From positions 1 to 64,000 of the forward strand of contig JBFLGF010000152.1 of NCBI GenBank assembly GCA_050230475.1: a stretch of 64,000 nt of DNA, given 5' to 3'. Source of the stretch: Ancylonema sp. Its lineage: Eukaryota. Under the pieces are notes generated by a model. That model was not told where the DNA came from, made no database searches, and saw nothing but the letters and a program-made list of their open reading frames with translations. The number at the start of each line of letters is the position of its first letter. Positions within the stretch are counted from its first letter, which is position 1. Made by a program: the position numbers and the translations under genes. This document shows positions 36,087 through 50,100 of the stretch, one piece after another.

Positions 36087-37913
36087 TTATATCCAATCTC
36101 CTTCTTGCAGCTTCAGCGGCAGGTACACCTCGGAAAGGTACTGGAAGCCAAACGAGCTGAGCGCCTGAATCTCGGCCTTCTCTTTCGTTTTCACCATCAG
36201 CTCCAGCTCTGCGTACCACTCCGGGTTCTTCTTGATGAACTCCTCCTGCAGCAGGTCCTTGCCGGTCTTGATGTCCCCCTCCGTCATCGGCAGCCGGCAC
36301 TGCTCCGGGATCTGGTAGCGGTTGAGGTCGGATGGCCTCACTCCCAGCCACTTGATGTCGGGGGTGGTGAGGTTGGAGGAGTCGTAGGACATGTTTTTGG
36401 AGCCACTCATGTACACCGACAGAATCTTGAGGCCATACGGGTCGCTGTCTACCAATCCCAGCACTGGAAGGCTCAAATCTGTCTTCATTTTCTTGAGGAA
36501 CAATCTTGTGGCGACATCTGGCTGTCCTTTGGCTGTGATGATGATGCACGGGAAACGGTTGTAGAACCGATCCTCGGCTAGGCGCATGAAAGCCGCATCC
36601 TTCTCGACCAACAAAATGAATTTCGCATCACTTTCCATCGACGTCACTTTGTCTATGTTGGGAGGAATTGCCTTCCCCCCCACCCCCATTTTTGTGCAAT
36701 CTATGGCGTCGCCATCTTCAACAAATCTCAGCCGCCCCACCACCACCCCCTTCTCCGACGCCACCACATGCAGGCTGGAGCGAGTGCAGCCCAGCATGCA
36801 CGACACGTCGTCGAGGACGGTGTCGGACTGCGCCTGCTCGACGAACAGCTTGACGTCCGTGTAGAACAGGTCCCGTTTGGTGACGTGGATGTTCTTCCCG
36901 CACAGCTGGTGAATGAGCTGCAGGATTCTGGTGGTGACAGCTGTCTTACGGACACTGGATATGCTGGCGAATGGACGAAATGTGGCTTTGTCCTTCAGCA
37001 CTATGCGGTCCAGCTCAGGAACGTACAGCTGTCAGCCAAAAAGGGGAACAGATGGGATGTCAACACCAGTCAGCAGGAATTGCCCAGAATGATGCATGGC
37101 GCAGGGGCAAACACATCCAGGGGCAAACACTCGACATCAGGAAGCACAGAGGGGTAGGTGTACAGAAAGTGGGTGCTATAAAAAGTCTACACTGGAATCT
37201 GTGTGGATCTGCTGAAGGTAGGACTTCCCAAAGGACGGTGTTGGGCACAAATCGTGGATATTCTGGATCAGTAGCGTGCCAACTGTGATGACTTGACAGT
37301 ATCGCCAGTGCAGAGGTGTCATAGCTGACTGCAGGGGTAACATATGGTGTTCCTTCATTGGACAGACAGTTAAGATGACGTGTTTAGAGAGTCTGATAGA
37401 CACGTCTGTACAATGCTGCCCCGCAATCAGCCGAATTCGGCTGGCAGGGGAGATCAACTTCAGTCTCTCTTCCCATGAGCCCTAAAATGCACCCAGCAGG
37501 AATTTTTCATTTGCGCCCCGTCTGCAACTGCACACCTCCTCCAGGCTGCTCATTAAAATATTGGCAAGCATTCCAAGGCATCACGTGAAGAAAAAGGTTA
37601 CCTGATTGGTGCTGGCCCGTGAAGGCACGTTGTAACCAAACCCATTCCCTGCCAATATGGACTTCGCTATTCTCAGGAATGTCTTCTCAATAGACCCGAC
37701 CACATCCTCTGTAGCCAGGTCAACAACCTCCTTGGATACGTTTGGTATGGCCAGATCTGCTAGCGTTAGATTCGAACGTGGGGATGCACGACCATCTTCT
37801 CCCAATGTCCGAACCTTGGCAAGAAGAGTCTCATCATCTTTTAATTTTCTCTTGAACCCTAAAGCAGTGCTGCTATCGTTGATCGCGCCACGGTCCTTCC
37901 GCGTTTTCTGCAT
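36087..37913 (-). CDS. TOP6A: DNA topoisomerase VI subunit A (SPO11-3/RHL2/BIN5), 2 exons
   Basis: Exons 37913-37602 and 37028-36087. Motifs: [36 protein letters not shown] (catalytic Tyr), Toprim [29 protein letters not shown]. Confidence 0.96.
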
Positions 37914-38713
37914 GACTATTTTAAAATAAAAAATATGAGTATACTGGTCTGCCGTGATACAATGGTACAACAGAGCACCGCACCCTACCGTGAATGAATT
38001 TGCACTACCGGACAGGGAGAACAATGGGGCATCTTGAAACTTTTGGTAGGTAGCGGGGGGGAGAAATCATACGCACAAGGCGCCCCAGAGGAACAGGTAG
38101 AGGAGCTCATAAATGGCGGGAAACACGCAAGCTCCTGCAAATTGCCAGCCGGGCCGTCCCAGCCCGTATTGTCAGGCATTGGGGTGGCCGTGCGCTCGAT
38201 GCGGCTGCAAGTTACGGCTGGCTTGTCAAGGGCTGCCCGGCGGCGGGGTGACCCTTCGCGCTGGCTCTCATGCGCGAGCAGTGCGCGCCTATTTTGCCGG
38301 ATCGGTGCCGTGGCATTCGCAGTGTGGAGTCAATTCCAGTGAGGAGTAGACCTCAGGACTTGGTATTTTCCTCGGACCGGCATTCCCCTATTTTCCCCTG
38401 GAGAGCATCACATCGTGTGATTGTCTTCCACAAAAGCTACACCACCTGGGCAGCTCTTACCCACCTCCACTCTAAATTTGCCCACATATGTTAATCGACA
38501 AAGGCACTCATAAATTGACTTTTCGCACCAGCATCCAGCTACATGTCTTGAGACGAGCATGAATATACCATAACGCGCGTCGCAGCACCAACTCAATCAG
38601 CGGAAGTAGCTGGCTGGACCAGCTTGCTGGCTTCGTAGCATGACTTTTTTTGTCAGATACCCCCAACCAGGGAGACTGGGGGAAAAGCTTTTGGGAGGGC
38701 CTCTCCTTCTTGC

Positions 38714-41700
38714 ATGATGGAATTTCAGCAGCATTCGGATTCTTTGAGTCGTGGGGAGGAAGGTTCATCCGACTCTATTTTGTACGAGAAATGTGTCCAT
38801 GCGGCATTCCGCGATGATCCGGAACAGGTATGGAACTTGCCATCTGATGCCTGCCCCCGCATTTGTAGACCTGAATCTGTTTCGCTTCATGCGATGCAGC
38901 TCTCTGCGCAACACGATGCGGCGACTCGCAAGTCCGGTAAGCCACTTCCCTACCGCATTCTGTGTCCCCCCAGAGCTTGGGGTGGCCCAGACTGGGGTGG
39001 GCCGCAAGGGACTGTGCAAAGCATCAGCTCTACTGAATATAAAAAATCACCAAAAAATCACCAACTTGACTCAATTTTTGGTTGTATATGCGTCATTTCC
39101 TCCGACTCTCATCCTGTTTGGATTCCTTTTGCCAGGTGTCGCAGGGTCCTGGCTCCAACGTTATCAAGGCAGCCATGTGGCGACATCAGGATCAGAGCGC
39201 CACCTGTCGGTCTCCCCTGACGGGCAGCGTGCAGCAGTGGTGTACGGATCTTCCCTTTCCATTCTCACGGCCTCCAGCGACTTTGAGAGAACCGGCAGCG
39301 CCTTCCAAGGTCCGCAAAACAAACCTCTCCTCATCCCCCTGCTCCTTAGCCTTTAAGAGTGAGCTCTATGGAGTGGTAGGCCATGCCTGGTCAGCCAAGC
39401 TCTTCATCTCATCGTCAGAGCATCCTCCCCTCATCCTAACAGCTTGTAGGAACTGAGGAGACGAAGGTACGGACAACCTTTGCGGACTCAACACGTACTG
39501 TGATATTTCACCATGTGATATTATTGACGTAGGTGTCAGATGTCCACCCTCATCCCTCTCCTCACATCTGCCACCCTCCCTCCTCAGAGCCTGCCGGGCG
39601 CCCCTTGTCCCACCCTGTGTGGAGCGCCAGTGGGCGTTTGGTGGCCGTGAGCTGTCCCTCTGCGGCTTGCGTCTACGTGGCCACGGCTTTCGGGAAGGTG
39701 GTGCACACCTGTCACGCCCGCCAGTGGAGCAAGGGGAGGGGGGGAATCTTGGGCACGGCAATCAGGGAGCCTGGGGACAAACCGGGGGGTCGGTCGGAAC
39801 TGGTGGTGCTCAGCGGCAGCGGCAGGGTCTGGTTGTGCCCCCTGGGGGGCCTGGAGGTGGTGCCATCCGCCTCCACCTTTGTGCAGGCTGGGGTGGTTGC
39901 GGCTCACTTGGCCTGCACCAATGGGGCCCTGTCCCTGCTCACCGCCTCCAAGCCAGGGGTGGTGACGCTGTGGCGGCAACCCAGCGGCCCCGGCTGGACT
40001 CGCGGGCCTTCTCTGGACCTGTGTGCTCCGCAGGACAGCCGGGCTCTGCTCTCCCTCTCCCCCACCGCCTCGAGGGCGGCGCTGGTGGACGCGGGAGGCA
40101 ACCTGCGGGTGCTGCTGGCTGCCGGGGCAACGTTCACTCCCATGCAGCGGGAGGATGCGCCAGGTGGCAGTCCTGTCTGTGACGTGGCTTGGTGGTCGGA
40201 GGATGCGGTGGTGGTGGCCAGACAGGATGGGCGGGTAACCGTGGAGGGGTGTGGGGGGGGCCATCTGCTGGACCCGCCCCTAGAGCCGTTTCAGAGAAGT
40301 CCCAAGGTGAGCTGGCGGGCGGGGAGGCGGGTCCTGGTGCTGGAGGCATACCCGGGGGAGGCGGGTGAGGATGAGGGCAAGGAGGAGAGGGGCAGGGGTG
40401 GGGGGTGGTTGTGGCCCCTTCTGAGTCCCCAGGTGGCGCCAGCTGGTGATGCCGCACGGGGATGGCGGCTGACGACCATTCTGCACCGCACCCCTGCCGA
40501 GATGCTGCACATGCACGTGGCCAGGGGGGCGTACGAGGCTGCGCTGCAGCTGGCTGCGCGGGCTGGGCTGGACACGGAGTCAGTGTACAAGGCCAGGTGG
40601 CAGCAGAGCGACAAGGGGGAGGCCGCCCAGAAAGACACGCTGAGCTGCGTGAGAGACCTGCCGTGGGCCCTGGGGGAGTGCCTCACAGCTCGTCCAGAGA
40701 GCGTGGAGGGGGCAGGGGGGCTGCTCCGCTACGGCCTGCACCTCACGCAGCAGGCTAGACCCGGGGGGGGGGAGGAGGAGGAGGAGGACCGGGTGTGGGG
40801 GCTGCGGCTGCTGAGGCTGAGGGTGTTGCGCTACGCGGAGCGCCTGGAGACGTACCGCTCCCTCCGCCTCCACCGCTTCTCGGCGGCGGAGTACTGCGCC
40901 TTCCGCACAGAGCCCCTCCTGGTGGTGGCCACCCGCATGGCCGTGGCGGGCAAGGTGGATGACCTGGAGCTCACACTCAGGCGCCACCTGGCGTCCCTAG
41001 CACCGCATGTCCTCACCCTTCTGGACTGTCTTCCGGAAACGATGGAAACTCGCAAACTTGGTTCTGTGCTTCCGCATGCCACCCCCCCCCCCGCATCCGC
41101 CTCCCGCCGCCCAGACTGGGTAGAGACAGCTGCCACCCTGGCAGGGCTGAGGGAGGGACGAGGGGGCAGCTGGCTGAAGGAGCAGGGGCTGGAGGGGGGG
41201 GGTGTGGAGGATAGCACGGAGGAGGTGGCGAGGTTGAGGGGGGGGGGGGATTGCGGGTGGCCCTCGGGGGCGGAGGTGGAGGCGTGGTACCGGCGGCGGG
41301 CCACGGCCGTCGAGGCGGAGAGCGGGCAGATCGAGGTGAGCATCGCGGTGGTGGACAGTGGCATCCAGCGCGGGTTCCGGGGCCTGGCGCCCCTTCTGCA
41401 GGACCTCATGGACCTGCATGCCGTGGTGTACGAGGGGGGGGAGGTGGACATGCACCTGGGGGCCTGGCAGGCCCTGTCCGTGTACGACCAGTTCTGCGTG
41501 CTGCTGAGGGGGGTGGAGGAGGGGTCAGTGGGGGAGAGGATGGCCAGGCAGGCCCTTCCCTTCCTGTACCGCCACCCTCCTGCTGACCCTCGGGAGGTGG
41601 TGCCACGGTGGCTGCTGGAGGAGGGTGGGGCGGGGAGGGTGGGGGTGTGCGCTGCTGTGCTGAGGGAGTGCGGCAGCAAGGTGGTGGGGATGCGGGACCA

Positions 41701-44700
41701 GGTGGCCCAGCTGGGGCTGGCCTGTGCCTACGCCTGCCCCACCACCCACCAGTGGGAGGAGCTGGAGGAGTTGATCGAGTGTGTGCGGCCGCCCAGGCAT
41801 GAAGGGGGGGGAGCCTTTCCGCGGCCCAACGTGGAGGTGGGACAGGTGTCAGGACCTGAAAGACTCCTGGATGCAGCTGTGGGTCACATAAGGGCGGGGC
41901 GGGTGCTGGCCAAGTACGATGTGCCCACCCCCCTCTCCTTCTTCCGCGAGAGGGCGGAGGACTGCGCCGCCCTCCTCCCCCTCCTGCGCCGCCTGCTGTC
42001 CAACTTTGTGCGCCTCCACAGCCCCCCCACGGAGAGAGAGTGGGCGGGGGTCTGGGGGGAGGTGCGCACTCTGCCCACCCTCCACCGCGACACTCTGCTG
42101 GCAGAGCTGTGCCGCTGCATGCTGAGGGCTGGGGCGCTGCACGCGCTGCCGCCGTACCTCCACACACACGGCCTGTCTGCGGAGAAAGCGGAGCAGCTGG
42201 TGCTCACTGCGGCGCGCCACCACTTCTACTCCGCCCACGCTCTCCATTCTGAAGACGTGGAGCGTGCGCGGGCCTGCCTGGCGTTGCTGCCCGGCAGTCT
42301 GCGTGCGCGGCAGGAGGGGGAGCTGTTCAGCGCTGTGGTCGCCACCCTGCCCAGCCTCGGAGTGGAGCTGCTGCCGAACCAGGTCAGCACCTCGCCCCCC
42401 CTCCCTCTTCTCCTCCTTCAGGCTGTTTACGTCTTGACGTGGTGGTTGGGTGCGGGTGGCAGGTGCGCCAGGTGGCGGATCGGATGGAGCTCGTCCACAT
42501 GGCCCTCGCAGCTGCGCCGCACAACTCCCAGCGTCTCTCTGATCTCCTCCACCTGGCGCGCCAACTGGGGTTGAAGAGCCCCGAGGAGCAGACAGGTGTC
42601 CAGGCAGCAGCCGCTCGCGAGGCTGCCGCGCAGGGGGACATGGAGCAGGCCCTCGCCATGTGTCATGTCCTGATCGAGTGGGGGCACGCGCCCATCTGGG
42701 ACCTGTGTGCTGCCCTGGGCCGGGGCCCTCCCCAGGAGGGTCTGGATTGCGAGGCCAGGAAGAAGGTGGTGGGCTTCGCGTTGGCGCACTGCGACCAGGA
42801 CTCCCTCGCCCCTCTGCTCGCCACCTGGCACCGGGTGGACATGGCTGCCCGCTGCGCCGAGCTGGCGGCCGCAGCCCACGTCGATGCCCCGAGCTTAGAG
42901 GAGGAGGAGGCCTTGATGTGCCAGCAGGGCAGCAGAGGGGAAGAGGGAGGGAGGGAGGGTCTGTCGCGGGTGTGTGGCAGCGGGGGGGGGGGGGTGGAGG
43001 AATGGAGGGGCCTGCCCAAGGAGCTGCGCACCTTTGCCTGTCTGCACCTCCCCTGGCTGCTCTCCTTCCGCCCCCCCTCCACCCCTCCCCCTCCCTCAGA
43101 CGCCCCTTTCGATGTGATGAGGGGCCAGGTGGCTGCCCTCATCCTGCACGCTCTGGCCAGCTGCCAGGTGGCGGCGTCAGACCAGCTGGTGCTGAACATG
43201 GCGGCCACCGCCATGGGCGAAGGGCTCCAGATCGGGGAAGGGAGGGAGGGCGACATAGTGGGGCTGGGGTACCTGCTGCATGCGTCAGACCCCCATGAGG
43301 CTGCCAGGCTGCTGGAGGAGGAGGCCAGGAAGAGGGCGGAGGGGGAGGCAGAGGAGGGCAGGAGGGGGCTGCTCATGGCCCTCTTCCACGCGGCACACTG
43401 CAGGCCGTGCTGGGGCAGGCCCAGGAGGCTGGGCCGCAGGCAGTGAGGGAGGTGCTAGGGGCGCCTCCGTGGGAGGTGGTGGAGAGGGCGGTTGGGGGGG
43501 AGGGGGGTGGGGAGTGGGTGGCCCTTACTCGGCGCCTGGGCAGCGAGTTGCGCGCCTCCGAGGACGCTCGGCTGCTGGAGGAGGTGCTGCCGGGGGTGCA
43601 GCTGCAGCGCTTCGCCCTGAGGGACGAGGCGTACATCCTCGAGCGTCTGGTGGCCCTGGTGTCGGGCGAGCAGATGGGGGGGGCAGACACGCTGGACAAC
43701 GCCCTGCTGCTGGCGTCCAACTACGGGGTGGACACCTGGCAGGTGGTGATGGCGTATGTGGAGGCCCTCCTGTGCTCCGATTGGTCTACGGACTCTATCG
43801 AGACCGAGGTGGCCAAGTGCTACGGGCCAACCACCTCCACCCCCCTGCTGGCCCGCCCCCTGGACGCCCTGGCGCACTTACAGGGCCCCGTGTACCGCCA
43901 CCTGGACGGCACGCGCCACGCCTTGCTGGCGTACTTCTTCCAGCTGCTGGCAGAGGGGTACCGGGCGGTGGGGGGGGAGTGTGAGGGCAGTCTGCCCTCG
44001 GAGCTCTTTCCCAGCGGGGCAGGCGCAGCGCAGCGCCAGACCGTGCTGCGCGCCTACGAGACCGCGTGCCTCACCCTCAGCGTGCCAGACCTGGACTTCA
44101 AACAGGTGGCACGATGGGAAGGCGATCTGTCCCGGGGCAATGGCTGAGCTGGCGCGCCTCTGCACCCCCGAGAATGTGGATGGTCTCGCCAGCCTGGCAA
44201 ACCAGATGGCGGCGCTGGCACCCCCAGCCGCCCCCCCCGCCTCTCTCCCATCTGCCCCCGCCCTCTACTTCCATCTCGTAACCGAGATGGTGGGCTGTCA
44301 GCGGTACCAGGCCTGCCGCCCGTACCTGCCCCGCCTCCTGCCCCCCCACCTCCTCTCCACGCTGTACTCGCTCCTCAGCGCCAGCTGTACGTCCCAGAGG
44401 GCAGGGGGGGGTGCCAGGAGCGTGCTGGGTCTGTGGGAAGCGGTTTTGACGGACTTCCTGCCCCTGCTGGAGCCCCCCCTCCTCCCCAGCCTCAAGGAGG
44501 TGGGCGCCGTCCTGCAGGCTCTGGGGGAAGTGGAGGAGGAGGGGGGGATGAGCGGGTCGCAGGCGGTGGCCGTTCTGAACAGCATGCTGCCCGTTGGGGG
44601 GGGGGGGGAGGTGGAGGCTGCCTTGGAGGCAATGATTGGGTGCGGAGTCCAGCTGGCGTCTGTGCTGCACCTCCTGGAAGGGGTGCGGGGACCTTGGGAG

Positions 44701-46131
44701 GCCCCCAAAGCAAACCCCAGAGCTGAGCCCCAGGGAGCCCCAACGCGGAAGGCCAGAGGGGGTGGGGGGAAGCTGGGGGTGGTTCGTCTTTCACAGGAGG
44801 AGGGGGAGGGGACAGAGCCTCCTGCGCTTCCACTCGACCTACAGCCCCTCTACCTGCGGGTGGCGGCAGGGGACAGGGTGCGCAATGTAGTCCTCTCCCT
44901 AGCGCCTGTTGGCGGGGGGGGGCGGAGGCTGGCCCCCGGCTCTGCTGCCGTCCTCCGCAGCCTCCGCAGCGCCGTGTGGGTCCAGCTGCGGCAGATCGGA
45001 AGAGATGAGCAGAGGGGGCTGGGGGAGAGGGTGCGGAGTCTGGAGGTGGTGGAGGAGGTGGCCCCCAGGTCAGGGGGAGTGTGGGGGAGGTGGGTCCCGC
45101 TGGCAGGGAGGGAGGCGGAGGAGGAAGGGGCGGTTATCCCTTTCCTCATGTATTTGAAGTCTGCAGAGGTTGTGTCTGCGCTCTGGCCAACTGTACAGGT
45201 GGCAGCAGCAGATGTGGAGACGGCACAAGCGGCGGAAACCCTCTTCCTCCGCCTCCTCCAATCCGCATCCGGCGCGGAACAGTGGGCGGCCTTGCTGCGG
45301 CTCCTGAGGATCTGGGGGGATGAGTTTGAAGGCGGCGTGGGGGAGGGGCGGGGGGTGCACGCTTTGCATCGATGCTGGGCTGGGCTGCTGCGGGTGGGAG
45401 GGGGGGAGGGGGTGCTGAGGGTCCTGGACAGGGGGGCCTGGCAGAAGGGCAGGGCTCTGCTGACAGAGGAGGAGAGTGTGGAGATAGTGGGGGGGTTGAA
45501 GGGGGAGGGGCGGGTGGGGATGGGGGGGAAGGTGGGCCTGCTGTCTCCCTACCCCCACCTCCGAGAGAGGGCGGTGGAGGAGGTGAGGCGGGGAGCGGAC
45601 GTGGACGACGACACGCTGGCTCTCCTTCTGGCCTCCAAATCCATTCCAGTCCTCGCGGCACACCCGGAGGGCGAGGGGGTGATGAGGCGGCTGCTGGAGA
45701 GTCTGGGTCCGCTCATCCGCCAGCTGCAGGACCACAGAGCGGCGGAGGCCAAGGCGGGTCTGTCTGGAGGAAGGGGGGAGGGGGGGGGGGAGGACATTCC
45801 GCTCTTTGCCGTGGCGCTGCCAGGTGTAGTGAGCCAGCTGGCAATGGCCCGCCAGTACGGGGCAGCGGCGAAGTTGGTGTTCCAGTACCAGCGCACTCAT
45901 TCCTTTGTGGGGCTGTGGGGAGCGGAGGAGGCGCCCCGAGCAGTGGATCGATACTTGCAGCAGCAAATGCGGAGGCTGAGAGAGGGCAGGGAGTTGTGGA
46001 GCGAGGGGCTGCTGCCCCCAGCGCAGAAGGGGGGCGCTACACAAGTACCGTGTACAGTTAGGCAGGTGAGGGATGCGCTGGCAGAGATGATAGACGAGGC
46101 CCTCACCGTGATAGCAGAAGACGCAGGGTGA
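38714..46131 (+). CDS. MIP2: NBAS/Sec39-family ER tethering protein (plant MIP2-like), with two apparent frameshifts
   Basis: N-terminal ILYE motif; beta-propeller-like region with DVAWWSEDAVVVAR; YEAALQLA..GLDTESVYKARW; LRYAERLETY; LLDCLPET; WYRRRA..E..SGQ; LGVELLPNQVRQ; VGFALAHCD. The frame changes near 43396 and 44134. Confidence 0.85.
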
Positions 46132-46837
46132 CAAAATAAATGGTAACAGGGCCCACTCCTTGCAACTGGGCGACTTTGGTCGACAAAGGTATGAGGTTAT
46201 AATGTACAGTTTGTTCGGACAGAGTAAAAGAAGCGAGCATGGAGCATGGAGCACGGAGCACGGAGGTTGCATTGCCTTCTGCCAAGGCCTCTGCCACTCC
46301 ATGTATTTGCCCATGTTCCGGCAATTACCCCTCCCATGAGAACGTAACGAGTGCAAATGGTTTTCATATGTTGGGGTCGCGAACGACAAGGGAATGCCAA
46401 TGAGGGCCCCATGCTGATGAGGCATTGACATGAGGCATTGCCATGATGCAATGCAACATGTATCTGTTTGAAATAAGACGATGTCAATGCTGCAATCTAC
46501 CGTACAAGTGCACAGTTGCGATAAGCTTGGTCACTTCACTTGGCATGACAAGAGCTCACCTACTTGCAGAAGCAGAGGGTAGAACAATGCCACAAGACAC
46601 CACCAACTCCAGACCCGAGTAAAGATAATCGACATTCTCGAATAAGTTGTGTTTAATACCAGCACTCGCCTCAATGGGTGGTGACTGTCCTACTCATATC
46701 CTCTCACAAGCCCTTTGGCATCTACTGATTGCCGCAATCCTTCACTCACTGTTTGAACAGGGCTTGAGAGCGCAATCCAAATCTCACAACCCTTTCCCTC
46801 CCGCTCTGCATCTTCGCAGATGGAGTTCCTACCGAAC

Positions 46838-46889
46838 CACTGAGCACTGAGCACTAAGCACTGAGCACAGAGCACTGAGCACTGAGCAC
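46838..46889. repeat. Heptamer tandem repeat (cactgag)n
   Basis: Seven units, two with single mismatches. Confidence 0.9.
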
Positions 46890-47100
46890 ACACCCTACCC
46901 TCATTCCAAGGGTTTTCACATGGTTCCAAATATTCACAACCTGCAATGCTACAAGCGTAGCGAAGCCGCCGTTGGCCAGCCCTCAGTCGGCCCTATACTT
47001 CGACCTTGGGACCTCGCATGCTGACTATTTTCCTGCTACTGCGCTCGATTGTCACCCCAACATCTCTCCTGCCCTCTCGCCCCGAATCACCCCCTCCTGC

Positions 47101-50100
47101 CTACCGGATCCGCACAGTGACATCTGGCACCTCCACATCATCGTCGTTGGCATCGCTGCAGGTCACCGAAAATGTGAGCGTAGCTTCTGAGGCCGGGACC
47201 GCAGTCTTCCCCACCACTGTCACAAGCTTCACCAGCTTCATGGCCAGCCGCTCCTGCACCTTCTTCCTCCCCAGGAACTCCGCGTACAGCAAGCTCTTGC
47301 CGTGAGACACCATGCTGATCTGCACCCACCCCATTCGCCCCATTCAACCTCCCTCCCCCCCCCTGCTTCCCTCTCCATTACCTCCAACCCCTGCTGCTCC
47401 TTGAAGGCGCCTAGCAACCCCTGCAGCGTCATTCCCGCCCTCCCGTCCACCTCAAAGCGATCCCACAGGGTCCACACCAGGGGCGTGCCTGTACGTGTTG
47501 CCACCTGGCAGCACAGCAGCGACCCACCCCACCGTTGATGACATCACGTGGCAACCCCAGGGGGGGCAGGTGACTGACCTCAGTCTTCACGGCTGCGCGC
47601 GGCTCCGCATGCAGCATGATGGGGATGGTGAGGTTGAAGAAGGAGTGGCGCAGGGCTGGGCGTGGCCTTCCCGCCACCACCTTGTACACCTCCAGACACA
47701 TGAGAGCCCCCACCACCGCTGCCGTCGTGACAATACCGGGGATCACTTCTCCACCCACCAGGCGGGCCTGAGGGAGGGGCAGGGGAGCAGGAGACAAGGG
47801 TTGGTAGCAGCACTGCCCGCTATCCCACTCCCCAGAAACTGCCTTCGACTACCTCCAAGCGGCCGGTGGGGGGGTTGCCATAATTGAGAGCGCGCAGATG
47901 TGCGGCAGCGTAAACGATCTCTGCTCCCACCGACCTCTCCTCCTCCCCTTGGAAGGCGAGAGGGGAGAGGCGGTAGCCCTGCACACACCCCCAACCCCTG
48001 AGCCAATGAGAGAGGGAGAGTACATTCGCTACACATGCCCCGCCCTACGCACTGCAAGGGCGGAGGGTGGGGGCAGCTCCTCTAGCAGCCGCTTGCACTC
48101 CTCTGATGTGGCCCCCTCCTCACCCCCCCCCCCCCTCTGGACCTCACTGTCTGTGACGGCGATCTTCACTCCCGACTGCACCCCCCCTCCACCCTCTCAC
48201 CCGATCACCACCCCTCCCTGCCTCTGCCTGCCTTCCAGCCCGGCCCCCCTTACCTTGGGAGTGAAGGGAGGCACGTGAAGGGTGTGGAGAATGTGCGTCA
48301 GGGCGCTCCGGTCCTGGCAGCCTTTCAAGCCGTACACGGCGGCCTGCAGGTTGGCAGCGGACACGATGAAGTCGAGGTGGAGGGGGGAGGAGGCGTCGAA
48401 GTGGAGCGGGGTGGGGGCGCGTTTGGTGCCGCTCCAGAAGGGAGCGCCAGCTGTTGTCTTCGTGTGAGGGGGGAAGTTGTGGACTAGCTGCAAGGAGAGG
48501 CAGGCACGGGTTGACACCTGTCGGCCAGCTGGCACACCACCCACTCACCTGCTTGATGTGGTTGGCGAAGAGGTCCTCGAACTGAAGGCGGGCCCACTCC
48601 ACGCACGAATCGAAACTGCCGCACTGCAAAAACTGCTCAGCCTCTGGCTCCCTCAAGCAGCAACTGCCCCCGCCCCCACCTGAACGGCCGATGGGTGACG
48701 AGGGCATTCCGGAGCATTTCGAGCACAGGCAGCTGTAGGGCGGGCGAGGTGGCCTTGTGCTTCTCCACAAACTCTTTGTTTCCGAGGTACGCGTTCACAT
48801 CAGCCGCCCTCTGCGTGAACTGGGAGGAGAAGGTCTCCACCGCCCACCGGAGGGTGTGGAGGGGAGAGTAAGGGAAGTTGCGCAGGGTGCAGATGGGCGC
48901 CCCTGCGCGCTCGGGCGGGTCCTGAGAAGACGCGTACATCTCCGATTCAAACGGAAGAAACACCTGCGCCACTCCACCATGCTGCCCCTCAGTGCCTTCC
49001 TCTTGCCACAAGAGGCTCACCTGTATGCTCCCCTTACTCCCATGCCTCCCTCCGTCGATCATCGGCTTGCGATAAAACACGCAGCGCGCATCGCAGTACA
49101 GCCGCGACGTGGCGTCATCGGTTGCCGTGAGCACACCCGTGACCTCCTCGAACAGCTGCGCCCCGAACGTGGCCTCTGACGCAGCGTTCATTCGCACCGG
49201 CAGCGCGTGCGCATCCAGGGAAGAGTTCAGCAGCCTCAGCTTTGGCAGGGCACAGACTGCCTTCTTCCCCCCCACATCCCCTGCCCTGTACAGCATCTGC
49301 GTGCCCAGATTGGATGTGTGGACCGTGTCCGGGTCGCCCACATGAATGGACCCGACCCCCATGAGCGCCAGGTTCTTCATCACCTCACACCCGATCCCTC
49401 CAGCCCCCACCGCCAACCACTGCCCGCCAGATATTGAGAGAGCCAAAGTTGGTCAGGCGCCAGTGGGTCCCTGCAGGACTGCCAGGTGGCACACCGCCTA
49501 CCTTGGATGCCCTCAGCTTCTGCTGCATCTCCTCCCCACAGAGAGCCGTCTGCGCTGCGTAGCGGCCCCCCTCCCCATCGCCACTGCCACAGCCGCCAGC
49601 CTGCCCCCCCAGGCACTCCATGTCTTCGAAGTACCACCACTGCCGCAGGGGCATGGAGGTTCCGCTGCAGGCCTGCACTCCGCACAGCAGCAGGTTGGGG
49701 TGAGGTCGGAAGGGAGGGTGAGTGCCGTCTGTTCACATACCTTCAGAACCTCGTGGGCTGCAACGCCAGCTGTCAGCGCCACCACAGGCATGATTTCCAC
49801 TCCATTGCCCCTCAGCACTGCCCCGGCCAGCTGTACATCCTCCTCCCCAGCTCCAGAATGGCCATGTCCTCCGCTGCCGTTGCTGCTGTGTGCTGCGTCA
49901 GAAGAGAGGCTGGAGCGCACTCGACGCACGGCCTCCACCACCTCCTCCTGCTCATCAATGGCTCTGAAGGCCGCATGCAACTGCTGAACCCTGATTGCTG
50001 ATTCAGGGTCGTTCCCAGCAAAGGCAGGGTTCAGAAGTGCTTCCTCCAAAGGTTTGAAGGTTAAGGTCACTGGTCTCGGCAGCTGTTGAACGTAGCCACC

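Noticed and set aside
45070..46431. 453-aa minus-strand ORF and many overlapping ORFs across 39500-46000
   Set aside because: Shadows of the GC-rich NBAS coding region.
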